Notes: generated from the letters alone by a model not told the origin. DNA of 64,000 nucleotides from an uncultured Candidatus Saccharibacteria bacterium (GCA_964360585.1 CAYHXC010000007.1:3867-67866); one strand, 5' to 3'. Positions 1 through 9,748 are shown, counted from the first letter of the stretch. Numbers and translations are program-made.

Positions 1-61
1 GGTGAGTGCGATTAGTTCCTTCATTGCCGTACGACGTTATCTCCATGGATAATAGATAGTT

Positions 62-535
62 ATGTTGGGTATTTTAAAAGCTTTATTTTTCAAAGATAGG
101 CGCTATTTAGTTCCCGTTTTATTTTTTTGGTATATTATTGTTTTTGTTCTTATTCATTTTTATGCTTCCATTTTCCTTATTCGCTTTATTGGCGACGTCG
201 ATATTCATGCATATTACTTAATTTGGCCTCAACAACAGATTGGCGAATACCTTATTGGTTACCGGAGTTTTGATTTTCCAGTATTGGCAGCGTTATATCA
301 AGGATTTGGCTATGTCGTCATGCCCGGGGAGATTCTTGGATTTATTTTAAGTTTGCCCATTCCAGATGAGTTACTAAAGTCGGTTCAATTAGTAGAGCCT
401 TCCAAGAGAGGAGGATTCATATTCGCCACTTATTGGGCCTTAAGCCCAGCAGGCGAGGTTGTTTTTCTTGTTGCAGCCCTGTTAGCGATTTGGTTGATTA
501 ACTATTTAGCTGTGCGTAAGCGTCATAAGTCTTAG
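62..535 (+). CDS. hypothetical membrane protein
   Basis: 157-aa ORF with several hydrophobic segments; no family recognised. Confidence 0.6.
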   Translation: MLGILKALFFKDRRYLVPVLFFWYIIVFVLIHFYASIFLIRFIGDVDIHAYYLIWPQQQIGEYLIGYRSFDFPVLAALYQGFGYVVMPGEILGFILSLPIPDELLKSVQLVEPSKRGGFIFATYWALSPAGEVVFLVAALLAIWLINYLAVRKRHKS

Positions 536-565
536 TTGATTTAAAGTTTCAGCCCGGAAGCAACC

Positions 566-615
566 TGTGGATAAGTATATATTGTATATATTCATAACTT
601 TGATACTATATATAC
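566..615 (+). promoter_or_regulatory. lexA promoter region (DnaA-box-like TGTGGATAA, TTGTAT-16-TACTAT with extended TG)
   Basis: TGTGGATAA 566-574; TTGTAT 582-587; TG 601-602; TACTAT 604-609, 6 nt before ATG 616. Confidence 0.5.
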
Positions 616-1326
616 ATGAATCAAGAATCAGTTATAAAACTAACCGACAAACAGAAGAAGTTTTACGATTCGCTGTGTGCGCTGATTGAGAAAAAAGGTG
701 AGTCGCCAACGGTAGCGGAACTGGTGCGGCTTATGAAATTTTCTTCGCCACGCGCCGTAACACAGTATCTTGAAGCTTTAGAGCGGAAGGGCTTAATTGA
801 GCGCCGGCGGTACGAGCGGCGCGGAATCCGTCTTCGGGAGCTGAAAGAAGGAGGAACAGAAACCGTCCAGATTCCGGTTATTGCGTCGGCCGGTTGTGAT
901 AATGTCAGTGTTTTTGCCCAGCGGAACTTTGGCGACTATATCTGCGTTGCTTCAGATCTTTTACAAGGCGTGGATCGAGATAATGTGGTTTGCGTCAAAG
1001 CCGTAGGGGATTCGATGGTGGACGCGGGTATCAATGAGGGCGACTATGTTTTAGTTGAGGTGATGGAGACAGCCGACCAGAACGATCTTGTTGTGGCAAT
1101 TATTGATAGCTTTGCGGTTATTAAGAAGTTAGAGATTGCGAATAACGCCATTATTTTACGGCCGGTTTCCTCTGATCCGCAGTATAAGCCAATCATTGTT
1201 AACAAAAACTTCCGGATCTTCGGCAAAGTAATTGACGTGATCCGAGTTCAGTCGGGCACCGATCTCGAAATTGTGCCCTTGTATACCAACCCAGAAGACA
1301 CCCGAATGGACTACGAACTTATCTGA
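616..1326 (+). CDS. lexA: LexA repressor
   Basis: N-terminal wHTH (LTDKQ...SPTVAEL...LEALERKGLI), Ala-Gly site (ASAG), S24 motifs VGDSM and IKK. Confidence 0.9.
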   Translation: MNQESVIKLTDKQKKFYDSLCALIEKKGESPTVAELVRLMKFSSPRAVTQYLEALERKGLIERRRYERRGIRLRELKEGGTETVQIPVIASAGCDNVSVFAQRNFGDYICVASDLLQGVDRDNVVCVKAVGDSMVDAGINEGDYVLVEVMETADQNDLVVAIIDSFAVIKKLEIANNAIILRPVSSDPQYKPIIVNKNFRIFGKVIDVIRVQSGTDLEIVPLYTNPEDTRMDYELI

Positions 1327-2057
1327 TCCGTAGTCAGAAGCGAAGCAGCATCTTTGTCTAAAAGCCAGAATAGCTCACCGTTTTCCGGTTGTATCATGGC
1401 TACGGGGAGATTTTTATGCACTTCCCGATTTTCCAAGATTTCCTTTATTATTGGAGCTTTTTCTTTTCCGCTCGCCATTATGACAACGTGACGGGCGGTA
1501 TTGATTAATTTCAAGGAAAACGATAGGCGAATTGATGGAGGCTTTGGAGACTCAGTGATAACGAGAATCAGATCTTCATCGTTGTGTGGTTTGTATAATG
1601 CAGGAAATAAGGAAGCGGTATGACCGTCCGGGCCAATACCAAGAAAAATCAAATCGAACTTCGGTTCATTATTGCCAAGTAGTTCCTGAATATCCGCCGT
1701 GTAAATCCGAGCCGCGTTTTCAGGCGTCGAGTGTTTCGTAATATATGGGTGAAGATTTTCGATCGGCAGTGGAACTTTGCTGAGGAAATATTCATAGATT
1801 ATCCGATAGTTATTGTCCTCCCCTTCGTAAGGCACGAATCGTTCGTCGCTCAAAAAAATATGAACTTTGGACCAGTCGATCTGAGATCGGAACGGTTCTT
1901 CGGTAAGAAGGCGGTGCATAGTCTGGGGCGTCCCTCCTCCAGCCAAAGCAACGACAGCAACACCACGAATTTTTATAGCTTCTTCTACAGACTGACTGAA
2001 AAGTTGAGCCGCTTTTTTAGCAAGAGTCGGTTGGTTGGGAAGGATAAGTAGTTTCAT
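1311..2057 (-). CDS. pgl: 6-phosphogluconolactonase
   Basis: LAGGGTP, DERFVP, LGIGPDGHTASLFP motifs. Confidence 0.95.
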   Translation of the reverse strand: MKLLILPNQPTLAKKAAQLFSQSVEEAIKIRGVAVVALAGGGTPQTMHRLLTEEPFRSQIDWSKVHIFLSDERFVPYEGEDNNYRIIYEYFLSKVPLPIENLHPYITKHSTPENAARIYTADIQELLGNNEPKFDLIFLGIGPDGHTASLFPALYKPHNDEDLILVITESPKPPSIRLSFSLKLINTARHVVIMASGKEKAPIIKEILENREVHKNLPVAMIQPENGELFWLLDKDAASLLTTDQISS

Positions 2058-2117
2058 GAAATCCGAGATATTGTACCATAGTTCTTGCCTCCCAACTCGG
2101 CAGTTGTTAGGATCTTT

Positions 2118-2285
2118 CTAGAACCCATCTCAAAAATAGAATCACGCAGTCTTCCGGCTAGATTCGGCTATAAACCCACCCGACCCTCCTTGAAATACCA
2201 TAGGGTATTCCTGTCTCGGGTCGGATGGTTCTCGCTCGAATCTATCACGGAATACCCCTGTGCCTATTTTTGAGATGGGTTCTAG
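2118..2285. mobile_element. 168-bp hairpin MITE-like element, copy 1
   Basis: 22-bp terminal inverted repeat CTAGAACCCATCTCAAAAATAG; near-identical copies at 22884, 28486, 55873. Confidence 0.85.
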
Positions 2286-2304
2286 TTATTTGGAGGATAG
2301 AAAT

Positions 2305-3006
2305 ATGCCGAAACAAGTCCTGCCGGATATCGTTGGTTTTGGGTGGCTCACGGAGTATCTGAAGAGGCATGGATTTCACCAGCTCTCAGCTTCCGAGGCC
2401 TATCAACGAGTGGCTCCGTATTTGCCGAACTCTCCGAAGTACTGGCCTCACCGAAATCGATTTGAACAACGTCATCGCGAGGGGAGAGAAGCCGGGTTTA
2501 TCTTTTCGCAGAATGGTTATGATGCTGTCGTTTGGACAACCTGGCTGGTTCGTGAGGGTAGGCCGCGAGAAAGCGACACTGGTTGGGTGGTTATTTCGGA
2601 AGGACGAAAAGCCCTCTACTTTGCCAAGCCGGCCAACCGTACAAAGCACTTTCTTCGTACACTGGCCATGCGGGCGGCAGTAGCGAAGCAAAGAGTGGCG
2701 AAGCGTCCTCACTGTGAGTTGTGCAACACGCTCATGAGAATAGTGCGAGGCCCCGAGCTCCGAGAGCGTTATTGGCGCTGTGATCTGAAACATCGGCATA
2801 CAACGCGAAAGTACACTTCGCGGCCGTGGGACGTTGGTCTCACCCCCGAAATGCGCGAGTTTGTTGAAAAGACTCGCCGAGAAGAACAGCGGTACGAAAA
2901 AAGACTGTTAGCTCAAGGGAAACGGCCACACACAGCTATGCTGAAGCGCAAGCGGTGGGAAGATCGAGTGGCAGCAAAAAAGAAACGAGCGCTACAACCG
3001 AGATAA
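2305..3006 (+). CDS. hypothetical basic protein with putative Zn-ribbon
   Basis: GGAGG at 2292-2296 before ATG 2305 (the track start at 2260 lies inside the MITE); CELC...YWRC..H motif. Confidence 0.65.
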   Translation: MPKQVLPDIVGFGWLTEYLKRHGFHQLSASEAYQRVAPYLPNSPKYWPHRNRFEQRHREGREAGFIFSQNGYDAVVWTTWLVREGRPRESDTGWVVISEGRKALYFAKPANRTKHFLRTLAMRAAVAKQRVAKRPHCELCNTLMRIVRGPELRERYWRCDLKHRHTTRKYTSRPWDVGLTPEMREFVEKTRREEQRYEKRLLAQGKRPHTAMLKRKRWEDRVAAKKKRALQPR

Positions 3007-3019
3007 TATCTCGGTTTTT
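2996..3019. terminator. intrinsic terminator between convergent genes
   Basis: AACCGAGAT-AAT-ATCTCGGTT followed by T-run. Confidence 0.6.
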
Positions 3020-3026
3020 CATTTTC

Positions 3027-3626
3027 TTACTTACAGTTTAGGGCACTTCGGCACTGGGCCTTGGCCGTCGGATCGTTCGTTGCCTGATCACAGAGGGCGC
3101 ACTGGGCTTCAAGCGAGACGCTCCCAGAAACCTGGCCGCTTACAGTGGGCGGTGGGGTCATCTGCTCCACTATTGCCTCATTTTCGATAAAGGTGACATT
3201 TTGCGGAAGAGTAATGAGTGTGGCGTCCTCGACCCAAGGATTACAGGAGTAGTTAAATTTTTGATCGAAATCAACCCCTCCCATCATACCCACTGTCGAC
3301 ATCTTGAATCCTTGGTTTGTGGTGTCCGACCAGATATAGGCCGACGCGCCGTCCACTAACGTATGGATCTGTTCGGCCTGGCCATTCGTCAACTCAACAA
3401 AGTTCATGAGTATCTTCCCTCCTGAAACATAGATCTCGCCCGAGGCGCTCGTGCCGGTCACGTCTTCCCCAAAGGTACATTTCTGCGAAGTTTGCGAGTC
3501 GAGAAGATCTTTAAGCGATGTTCCTCCGCCGGAGAAAAGACTTGAGCCGGATTGGGTCAATAAAAAATATGCACCACCGCCCAAGACTGCTACGACAATA
3601 ATGCCGATAATGATTTTTTTATTCAT
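3027..3626 (-). CDS. membrane-anchored secreted hypothetical protein, Cys-rich C-terminus
   Basis: N-terminal KK + hydrophobic anchor; C-terminal CxxC...C...C. Confidence 0.75.
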   Translation of the reverse strand: MNKKIIIGIIVVAVLGGGAYFLLTQSGSSLFSGGGTSLKDLLDSQTSQKCTFGEDVTGTSASGEIYVSGGKILMNFVELTNGQAEQIHTLVDGASAYIWSDTTNQGFKMSTVGMMGGVDFDQKFNYSCNPWVEDATLITLPQNVTFIENEAIVEQMTPPPTVSGQVSGSVSLEAQCALCDQATNDPTAKAQCRSALNCK

Positions 3627-3659
3627 GGAGTTAAGTATATAGTGGCCGCTGTTTCCGGT

Positions 3660-4418
3660 CTATACGGCCTCGATAGCTCGAGCGGCCTCACGATAGGCGC
3701 AGTAATCACACTCCGGTCCGGAAGCAGGAAGTTCGTCCGCGACAAGACAGTTGTGGGCGTTCTGGAGAGTTTCTCCGACCCAGCTATCGTCGCCTTCGTA
3801 GGGGATAAGCTTCACCTTGAACTCCAGCTTGCCATCGAAGGATTTTTTATCCGTTTCACCATTGCAGTACACAAAATACCCAGTTGAGCTCACTTTAAAA
3901 CCATTCCTTCGGAAGAGCCATTGGTATATTTCCATCTGGCGTTTGTAGCCGATTTGCCAGTCGGCATCGAGACTGACTTCGCCGTCTTTCGAAGTGGCTT
4001 TGTAGTCGACAATGATGAGCTCGCCCTTGGGATTAACCCAGACATCGTCCACGCCGCCGGTTACCAAAAAATTAGTTGGCTCGTGGAGATGTTGAATACC
4101 GCCGCCCAAAGCATCCCGCCAGAACTCCATTTTTTCATGTTCGTAGGGCACGGCATCAAGGCCGTAGGCTTCCATCATTGGATGGGCGGTATGAGCAGCG
4201 CGATGAATATCAAACTCTTTTTTCAGAAGTTTATCGACGGCGCTGTTGAGGCTGAACGGAAAACCGGGCGGTTGGCCGACGCCCAGGCGGCGATCAAGAT
4301 AAAAACAGCGCGGGCAGTTCAGAAAGAGGTCAATTTTTGAACGGCTCAACTTGAAAGGGACTTTGGAGTGTGGAACGAAAAGATTGCGAACTCGCTTCGG
4401 GTTGTAATAAGAACTCAT
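3660..4418 (-). CDS. PD-(D/E)XK nuclease (RecB/AddB/Cas4-like)
   Basis: LSRSKI..F..CPRCF, GGVDD, IVDYK, QMEIY, C-terminal CDYC. Confidence 0.85.
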   Translation of the reverse strand: MSSYYNPKRVRNLFVPHSKVPFKLSRSKIDLFLNCPRCFYLDRRLGVGQPPGFPFSLNSAVDKLLKKEFDIHRAAHTAHPMMEAYGLDAVPYEHEKMEFWRDALGGGIQHLHEPTNFLVTGGVDDVWVNPKGELIIVDYKATSKDGEVSLDADWQIGYKRQMEIYQWLFRRNGFKVSSTGYFVYCNGETDKKSFDGKLEFKVKLIPYEGDDSWVGETLQNAHNCLVADELPASGPECDYCAYREAARAIEAV

Positions 4419-4521
4419 CGCCTCAGTCTAATCGTTTGAACTTGGAAAGACAATAATGAAGATTCTCTATTTATTCCGTCGCGAAAGTGTGGCAGGATAA
4501 GAACGTCATAAATATACGCAT

Positions 4522-5691
4522 ATGAAATTTCAATTCAGGCGAATAATGACAGGGGCGGCCCTGGTTCTGCTTCTTTCCCCGATCCTCAGCGAAGCATCGT
4601 CATTTTCTTATGCCGGCTGGATTCCTTTTTGGGAAAAAGACCGCGGCATTTCTGATCTCACAGAAAACCTCACCAAGGTGCACTCCGTTAGTCCTTTCTC
4701 GTATGAGGTTCGTTCCAACGGCACACTAGTGGATAAAATAAAGATTGATGAAGGTGTCTGGCCGATCTGGAGGGTGGTGGCAAAACAGATTGGCGTAAAA
4801 GTTATTCCTACTGTCGCCTGGTTTGACGGCGAGGGAATTCATAAGCTTCTTACGAACACGAAGAAGCGTCGGGCCCATGAAGACGCTATTGCTAAATTAG
4901 TTAAAGACAAGAAGTTTGACGGTATCGATATCGATTACGAGGCTAAAAAAACGGAGACCATGGGTTATTTTTCATTGTTTATAAAAGGGTTGGCTATCCG
5001 TCTACATCCGATGGGAAAGACACTCTCCTGTACCATTGAATCACGAATGCCGGTTGATTCTCGGTACAATGTCGTTCCTGGAGAAAAAATCGAGTACGCC
5101 AATGATTATAAAGTTTTAAACCGGTATTGCGACGAGGTGCGGATCATGGCCTATGATCAGGGCGGTGTCGATCGTTTGCTCAACGATAAAAAGGGGAATG
5201 GCGCGCTTTACGCTCCCGTTGCCGATCCAGAATGGGCAGAGAAACTGATCAAAGAAGCGATGAAGACGATCAATCCAAAAAAAATTGTTCTCGGTGTTCC
5301 GACCTATGGGTATGAGTATCAGGCGACTTGGGATAGCGGAATAACGACCTATCGCCGGTTGCGGAGTGTGAACTACAATACGGCCATGACCCTCGCGAAT
5401 CTGGTCGGAGCCGTGCCAGCAAGAAATGCCGCGGGGGAACTGGGATTTTGGTACGGTTCGAGTAGTTTTGTTGAGGTATCTCCGGCTTTACGGCGCGATG
5501 TTTCATCAACGGAACCAGCTGAGATTATGGCTTCAAAACAGGCTGGAAAGATCACTCGCTTTGTGTCTTTGTCTGACGCTGAAGCGGTGGCGCAGAAAAT
5601 TGCGCTGGCCAAAAAATATAATTTAAAGGGCGTTGTCCTCTTCAAATTCGACGGCGGACACGATCCTCTGATCTGGACAAAGCTTCTCTAG
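4522..5691 (+). CDS. secreted glycoside hydrolase family 18 protein
   Basis: signal peptide, FDGIDIDYE (DxxDxDxE), IMAYD, KIVLGVPTYGY. Confidence 0.9.
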   Translation: MKFQFRRIMTGAALVLLLSPILSEASSFSYAGWIPFWEKDRGISDLTENLTKVHSVSPFSYEVRSNGTLVDKIKIDEGVWPIWRVVAKQIGVKVIPTVAWFDGEGIHKLLTNTKKRRAHEDAIAKLVKDKKFDGIDIDYEAKKTETMGYFSLFIKGLAIRLHPMGKTLSCTIESRMPVDSRYNVVPGEKIEYANDYKVLNRYCDEVRIMAYDQGGVDRLLNDKKGNGALYAPVADPEWAEKLIKEAMKTINPKKIVLGVPTYGYEYQATWDSGITTYRRLRSVNYNTAMTLANLVGAVPARNAAGELGFWYGSSSFVEVSPALRRDVSSTEPAEIMASKQAGKITRFVSLSDAEAVAQKIALAKKYNLKGVVLFKFDGGHDPLIWTKLL

Positions 5692-5703
5692 AAACAATTG
5701 GAG

Positions 5704-6633
5704 TTATTTCTTAAAAGCAATCGGAATTTCCAAGGCGGCGTCATGCTCCGGTAGTCCGGAGGGATTATCTTTTTGCAAGATGAGTGTCCCGCGAAGATTA
5801 TTTCCGGCTGGTGGTACAAACTCAACGGTTGCCTCAAAGGGCACAAAGTTTTCCGTCATCCAATCACTTTTAGCTTCGGCATGATGCTCGGCAATAATTT
5901 TACCGTTCCAGTCGGTTATGGTAATTGGGAAGCTGGCTTCAAAAAACCAGGTACCGCGTGCTTTACCTCGAATGACAAGCGGACTGGAGATCTCTTGTCC
6001 TTCGGTAATATTGTCGACCACGATTATGTTTTTTAGATTTTCCCGATCAACCGCCGGTGAGTTCTGAAATTGTACGGTCCGAAGAAGATCATCGAAGTCT
6101 TTTATGGTCTGATCGGTCGGCGCGTTGTAAAACACGGTGAACATGTACACGAAATTTTCGCGGGCAACGACAACGTTTTTGTTTTCGTAGAGACCGGTTG
6201 CGTCATAGGCAACCGCCGGTTCGCCGCCCAAGGTTGTTTCAGTGGAACTTGTTTTGGCTAATTTATAGTTGGAAAAACTAGTTTCCTCAACCCATCTCTT
6301 CACGGGGTAGTCATCAAGGTTATTTTGGAAGATGCCGATGGTAATCGTCGGCGGACTTTCTCGTCCGACTTCTTGGCCGGAAAAAACACGGCGGTTTTCT
6401 TCAGTGTCTTCGGTAAGAATCAAGCTGTACCGCGAGCGTTGGCCATTACTCTCGTCGCGTTCTTTGAGGAAATAGCGTGACGAGTACTTAAAGCCTAGCC
6501 CTAGCTTTTCCGAATTGAATGTTGTTGCGGTTGATGGGGGTAGTACATCTGGATTTTTTTGGCGTAGAGAAAAGAGATATGTGCCGGTTATGAGGACGAT
6601 AAGGATAAATCTAATAATGATATTTTTTTGCAT
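5704..6633 (-). CDS. secreted protein with C-terminal Gmad2-like Ig domain
   Basis: signal anchor; SPLVIRGKARGTWFFEASFP...KDNPSG pattern. Confidence 0.75.
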   Translation of the reverse strand: MQKNIIIRFILIVLITGTYLFSLRQKNPDVLPPSTATTFNSEKLGLGFKYSSRYFLKERDESNGQRSRYSLILTEDTEENRRVFSGQEVGRESPPTITIGIFQNNLDDYPVKRWVEETSFSNYKLAKTSSTETTLGGEPAVAYDATGLYENKNVVVARENFVYMFTVFYNAPTDQTIKDFDDLLRTVQFQNSPAVDRENLKNIIVVDNITEGQEISSPLVIRGKARGTWFFEASFPITITDWNGKIIAEHHAEAKSDWMTENFVPFEATVEFVPPAGNNLRGTLILQKDNPSGLPEHDAALEIPIAFKK

Positions 6634-6695
6634 GGCCTGGTTATGATAAGACGATTTTTTTAAATACTACTCTTACGAGATGAAGGCTTGATGGA

Positions 6696-7250
6696 TTAGG
6701 CAGATCCCTGGGCGATGAGGCTGATGACAAGGATTCCTAGCGTATTAAAGACCAGAGAGGTAGGGAGAAAAATAGCGTAGTTTACGGCGGAAAGGCCGAG
6801 GAGCGTGATGCCCAACTCATCAGGCAAAGGTGAGGCTATAATAAGTGCTCCTAAAAAAGGTACAAACCGATGAAAGAGTCTCGTTCGGAACAGTGCTGGC
6901 AAGCGAACGCGCGGGGCGTGACTTCTTAGATAGGCAATATCATCAGTTACTCGGTCGCGAATGAAGCCGAAAAGTATTGCATCGCCGATCATTGCTCCCA
7001 GGCCACCGATGAGACTAACCGCGAGCGGGGATTGCTGTCTCGCAAGTTCTCCAAGAAGGGCAATGGCCGGAGCGGTTGTAAAAACCGACGTAAAAAGCAT
7101 GCCGGCGAAAAAGTCTCCAAAATAACGCCACTCGTTAATCTGGCCGGTCAGTTTTATGGTGAAGCCGGACCATTCCATAAAAAAAGCCAGTCCGATGGAA
7201 AGTGCGATCAGGAAAACGTCTTCGATGAGGTGTTTTCTTTCCCGTGCCAT
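6696..7250 (-). CDS. small multi-pass membrane protein (DedA/VTT-like)
   Basis: hydrophobic; GGLGAMIGD and ASPLPDELG motifs. Confidence 0.7.
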   Translation of the reverse strand: MARERKHLIEDVFLIALSIGLAFFMEWSGFTIKLTGQINEWRYFGDFFAGMLFTSVFTTAPAIALLGELARQQSPLAVSLIGGLGAMIGDAILFGFIRDRVTDDIAYLRSHAPRVRLPALFRTRLFHRFVPFLGALIIASPLPDELGITLLGLSAVNYAIFLPTSLVFNTLGILVISLIAQGSA

Positions 7251-7470
7251 AAACTACAGTATATCGCTTTTTTCGACCAGGCCGAAAACGAGAGTTTTTA
7301 TCTGGCGTTGACGTACTGTATGCATTGCCCCCGGTTTTTAAAGGCAAGATCGGTAAAAATTTTCCAACCACCATTTTTACACTCTTTTTTGTATCGAGGA
7401 GCGGGCGAATTTTATATTTTTGAGGTCATGTCGTCCGGCATTTTAGTCTCTCGGGGATCCCTGCAAACAG

Positions 7471-7947
7471 GTGCAAATGTTGCTGATATCTACGTTTAGT
7501 TTAGGCCCAACGTGGCCAACCGCGTTCACTCAGCTCAATATGGCGATAGCGAGTGACACGCCGGATGTCGCTATTCTTTCTTTCGGTACGAATGACATTC
7601 TCTTTCTCTACAATGTAGTTGTGAATTGGGGTGGAAATCCGTCAACGCTCGATATTGGACAGATCATCACCAACTACCGCAGCTTGGCGGATATCGCGAC
7701 TCAAGCGAATCTCTCCGCCTTTTTCGCCCTCACGCCGCCAGTCAAGTCTACGTATATCCACAACCCGCTCTATAATGATTTGGTGAATGATATGAACAAT
7801 CGTTTGCGCCACACAAGCTCAGCCGAACGATTCATCGATTTCCACACGTTCATGGTTGATCCTACAGATTTCTTGAATGATCTCCATTTCACGAATTCGG
7901 GCCAAACAAAACGCACGACCGCGGCGGTTCAAGAGATTAAGAATTAG
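7471..7947 (+). pseudogene. N-terminally truncated SGNH/GDSL hydrolase
   Basis: FGTND (block III) and DLHF (block V) present; GDS block I absent from the ORF. Confidence 0.5.
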
Positions 7948-7951
7948 CTTC

Positions 7952-8030
7952 GTGCTGGGGGACCCTCTTCCGCCAAGGCTTCAGACGGGCACGGCAGGGA
8001 CCGCCAGAGGCGGGCAGGCGAACCCCGATA
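7952..8030 (-). pseudogene. duplicated 3' end of tRNA-Gln interrupted by two insertions
   Basis: GTGCTGGGGGAC[insert]AGGGA[insert]CGAACCCCGATA matches 8045-8074. Confidence 0.7.
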
Positions 8031-8047
8031 CCCATTTTCCTGCAGTG

Positions 8048-8118
8048 CTGGGGGACAGGGATTCGAACCCCGATAGCCAGGTCCAAAACCTGGAGTCCTA
8101 CCATTAGACGATCCCCCA
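8048..8118 (-). tRNA. tRNA-Gln(TTG)
   Basis: TGGGGGA acceptor stem, CCAGG-TTTTGGA-CCTGG anticodon arm, GGTTCGAATCC T-arm; CCA not encoded. Confidence 0.95.
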
Positions 8119-8120
8119 AT

Positions 8121-8801
8121 TTATGTCAAACACTTTATCATACCCTCTACCCACCCTGCAATTTTTCTATTTAAATCTGTGCTCCGTGCTATTACTACTC
8201 GAGCCGTACCTCGATACTTGTCGCCATTGTTTTTTCTTTTGGACCGGGGGTTATGCTTTTTAAAGTAAACCCGCAATTGTCGATGTGAAATTTTAAATCC
8301 ATCCATCCAGAACTTCTTCGCGGACTCAATGTTCGCTTTTTCGTGTATATAAAGTTCATATTTTAAACTACCATTTTCTACTTGAAGATACTTTTTCACC
8401 CACTTGATAAATAACTGATGAGCGTTTAAATCCATATTACTGAAAGTCATTTTTGCATCTTTAGTCCAATCTTTTTCTTTTGATCCTTCTGCCCAATAAA
8501 GCGCAAGCCCCGCTACCCACAGAGGATCTACTATAAAGTTACCAACTTCCTTCCAGGCCTTCTCTTTTATTAACTTTGTTTTTTCTACTCTTTGTTCGTG
8601 GACTTTTCTCCATCCTCTCTCTTGAGCAGCACGTTTTTTATCGGTAAGTCGTTGTACTTGTCTTTTCGTAAGAGATACACTTCGCAACCATAGCGATAGT
8701 GTTGATTTGGCTACTTTTACCTCAGAAAGAATCTCCGAGTAAGATAATCCATTTTTTCTCATAGCAATCGCTTTTATCCTCTCTTTTTCACGGTGTAACA
8801 T
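8121..8801 (-). CDS. HTH + LAGLIDADG-like protein
   Basis: N-terminal HTH (GLSYSEI...VAKSTLSLWLR) and GLALYWAEGSK...FSNMD motif; AT-rich. Confidence 0.65.
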   Translation of the reverse strand: MLHREKERIKAIAMRKNGLSYSEILSEVKVAKSTLSLWLRSVSLTKRQVQRLTDKKRAAQERGWRKVHEQRVEKTKLIKEKAWKEVGNFIVDPLWVAGLALYWAEGSKEKDWTKDAKMTFSNMDLNAHQLFIKWVKKYLQVENGSLKYELYIHEKANIESAKKFWMDGFKISHRQLRVYFKKHNPRSKRKNNGDKYRGTARVVIARSTDLNRKIAGWVEGMIKCLT

Positions 8802-8976
8802 TTTAGGTTGCAGTATCTATACTGTAGATTATAGTGATAGTTCATAAGTAGTCAACAACTCCATCACCCCTCGATTTTTTCGAGTGAGTATTTCAAGGTT
8901 TACGAAGATATGTTAGTAATTATCACAGAAATTCCAGAAAGATTGTCTTGCTCTACCGATTTGGTATGATTGTGAT

Positions 8977-9471
8977 ATGAACCTACCGGAAAAATTATCA
9001 AAAATTCTGCTTTCCGTAACCGCCGAAGCGCACTGCGATGTGCCGTGCGGTATCTACGAACCAGTGCAAGCCAAAATTGCGGCAAAAACGATTCAGAGAA
9101 TGGTGATGCAACTGAAAGAATTAAAACCTTCGGACCATAATCACAACAATCTTGCGGCGGCGTTGGAATACACGAATGCCGTTACGCGACGAATTGCGAC
9201 CAAGGAAAAACATGCTCAGATGTGCAAGGATGAACTTTCGCTTCTGTGGTCAGATTTTTTCAAGCCAGAGCATCTTGAGAAATTTCCTGACCTCCACAAT
9301 ACTTTTTGGCAAGCGCTCAAATTATGTTCGAAGAACAAACAGTTTATTGACGAGGAAGCAGCGCAAAAATTGATCGCGGCGGTTGATGAGATTGCTAAGA
9401 TTTTTTACGAAGTGAAAAATGATCCCGACCGCTATGGCTCATACCAGAATATTACCGATAAACTCTTTTAA
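8977..9471 (+). CDS. sodN: nickel superoxide dismutase precursor
   Basis: leader followed by Ni-hook AHCDVPCGIYEP; LWSDFFK. Confidence 0.95.
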   Translation: MNLPEKLSKILLSVTAEAHCDVPCGIYEPVQAKIAAKTIQRMVMQLKELKPSDHNHNNLAAALEYTNAVTRRIATKEKHAQMCKDELSLLWSDFFKPEHLEKFPDLHNTFWQALKLCSKNKQFIDEEAAQKLIAAVDEIAKIFYEVKNDPDRYGSYQNITDKLF

Positions 9472-9748
9472 GCGACTGCTCTTTCTCGTTCGGGTGGAAG
9501 GGGAGAGTCTTCTCCCCGAACTGCTCCCAGGGAGATATTATTTGACCACCTCCCTTAAAAAACCAAAAGTTGGCAGTTATATTGTTTTCCCAAATCCGCA
9601 CAACGAGCGGCAGATTTTCATAAAAAAAATTAAATCCGTTAAGCCGGAGGGATATTATGTTTCAGGAAGCGTTTTCTGGGGGACATCGTCGGAGGATTTC
9701 GGTCTTATTTCAAGGAAACGCGTGCTGGGTACCGTGACTTTTCGATAG
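9434..9748 (+). CDS. sodX: NiSOD maturation peptidase (S26 family)
   Basis: VEGESLLPEL (Ser) and FIKKI (Lys) motifs; overlaps sodN end; start uncertain. Confidence 0.8.
   Translation: MAHTRILPINSFKRLLFLVRVEGESLLPELLPGRYYLTTSLKKPKVGSYIVFPNPHNERQIFIKKIKSVKPEGYYVSGSVFWGTSSEDFGLISRKRVLGTVTFR

Noticed and set aside
2085-2273. ORFs containing LEPISKIESRSLPARFG... (also 28393-28641) and ORFs at 30327-30910
   Set aside because: They are translations of the repeated hairpin elements, or antisense to ctpA.
3660-4418. Cas4-like nuclease as a sign of CRISPR-Cas
   Set aside because: No cas1/cas2 genes and no repeat-spacer array anywhere in the window.
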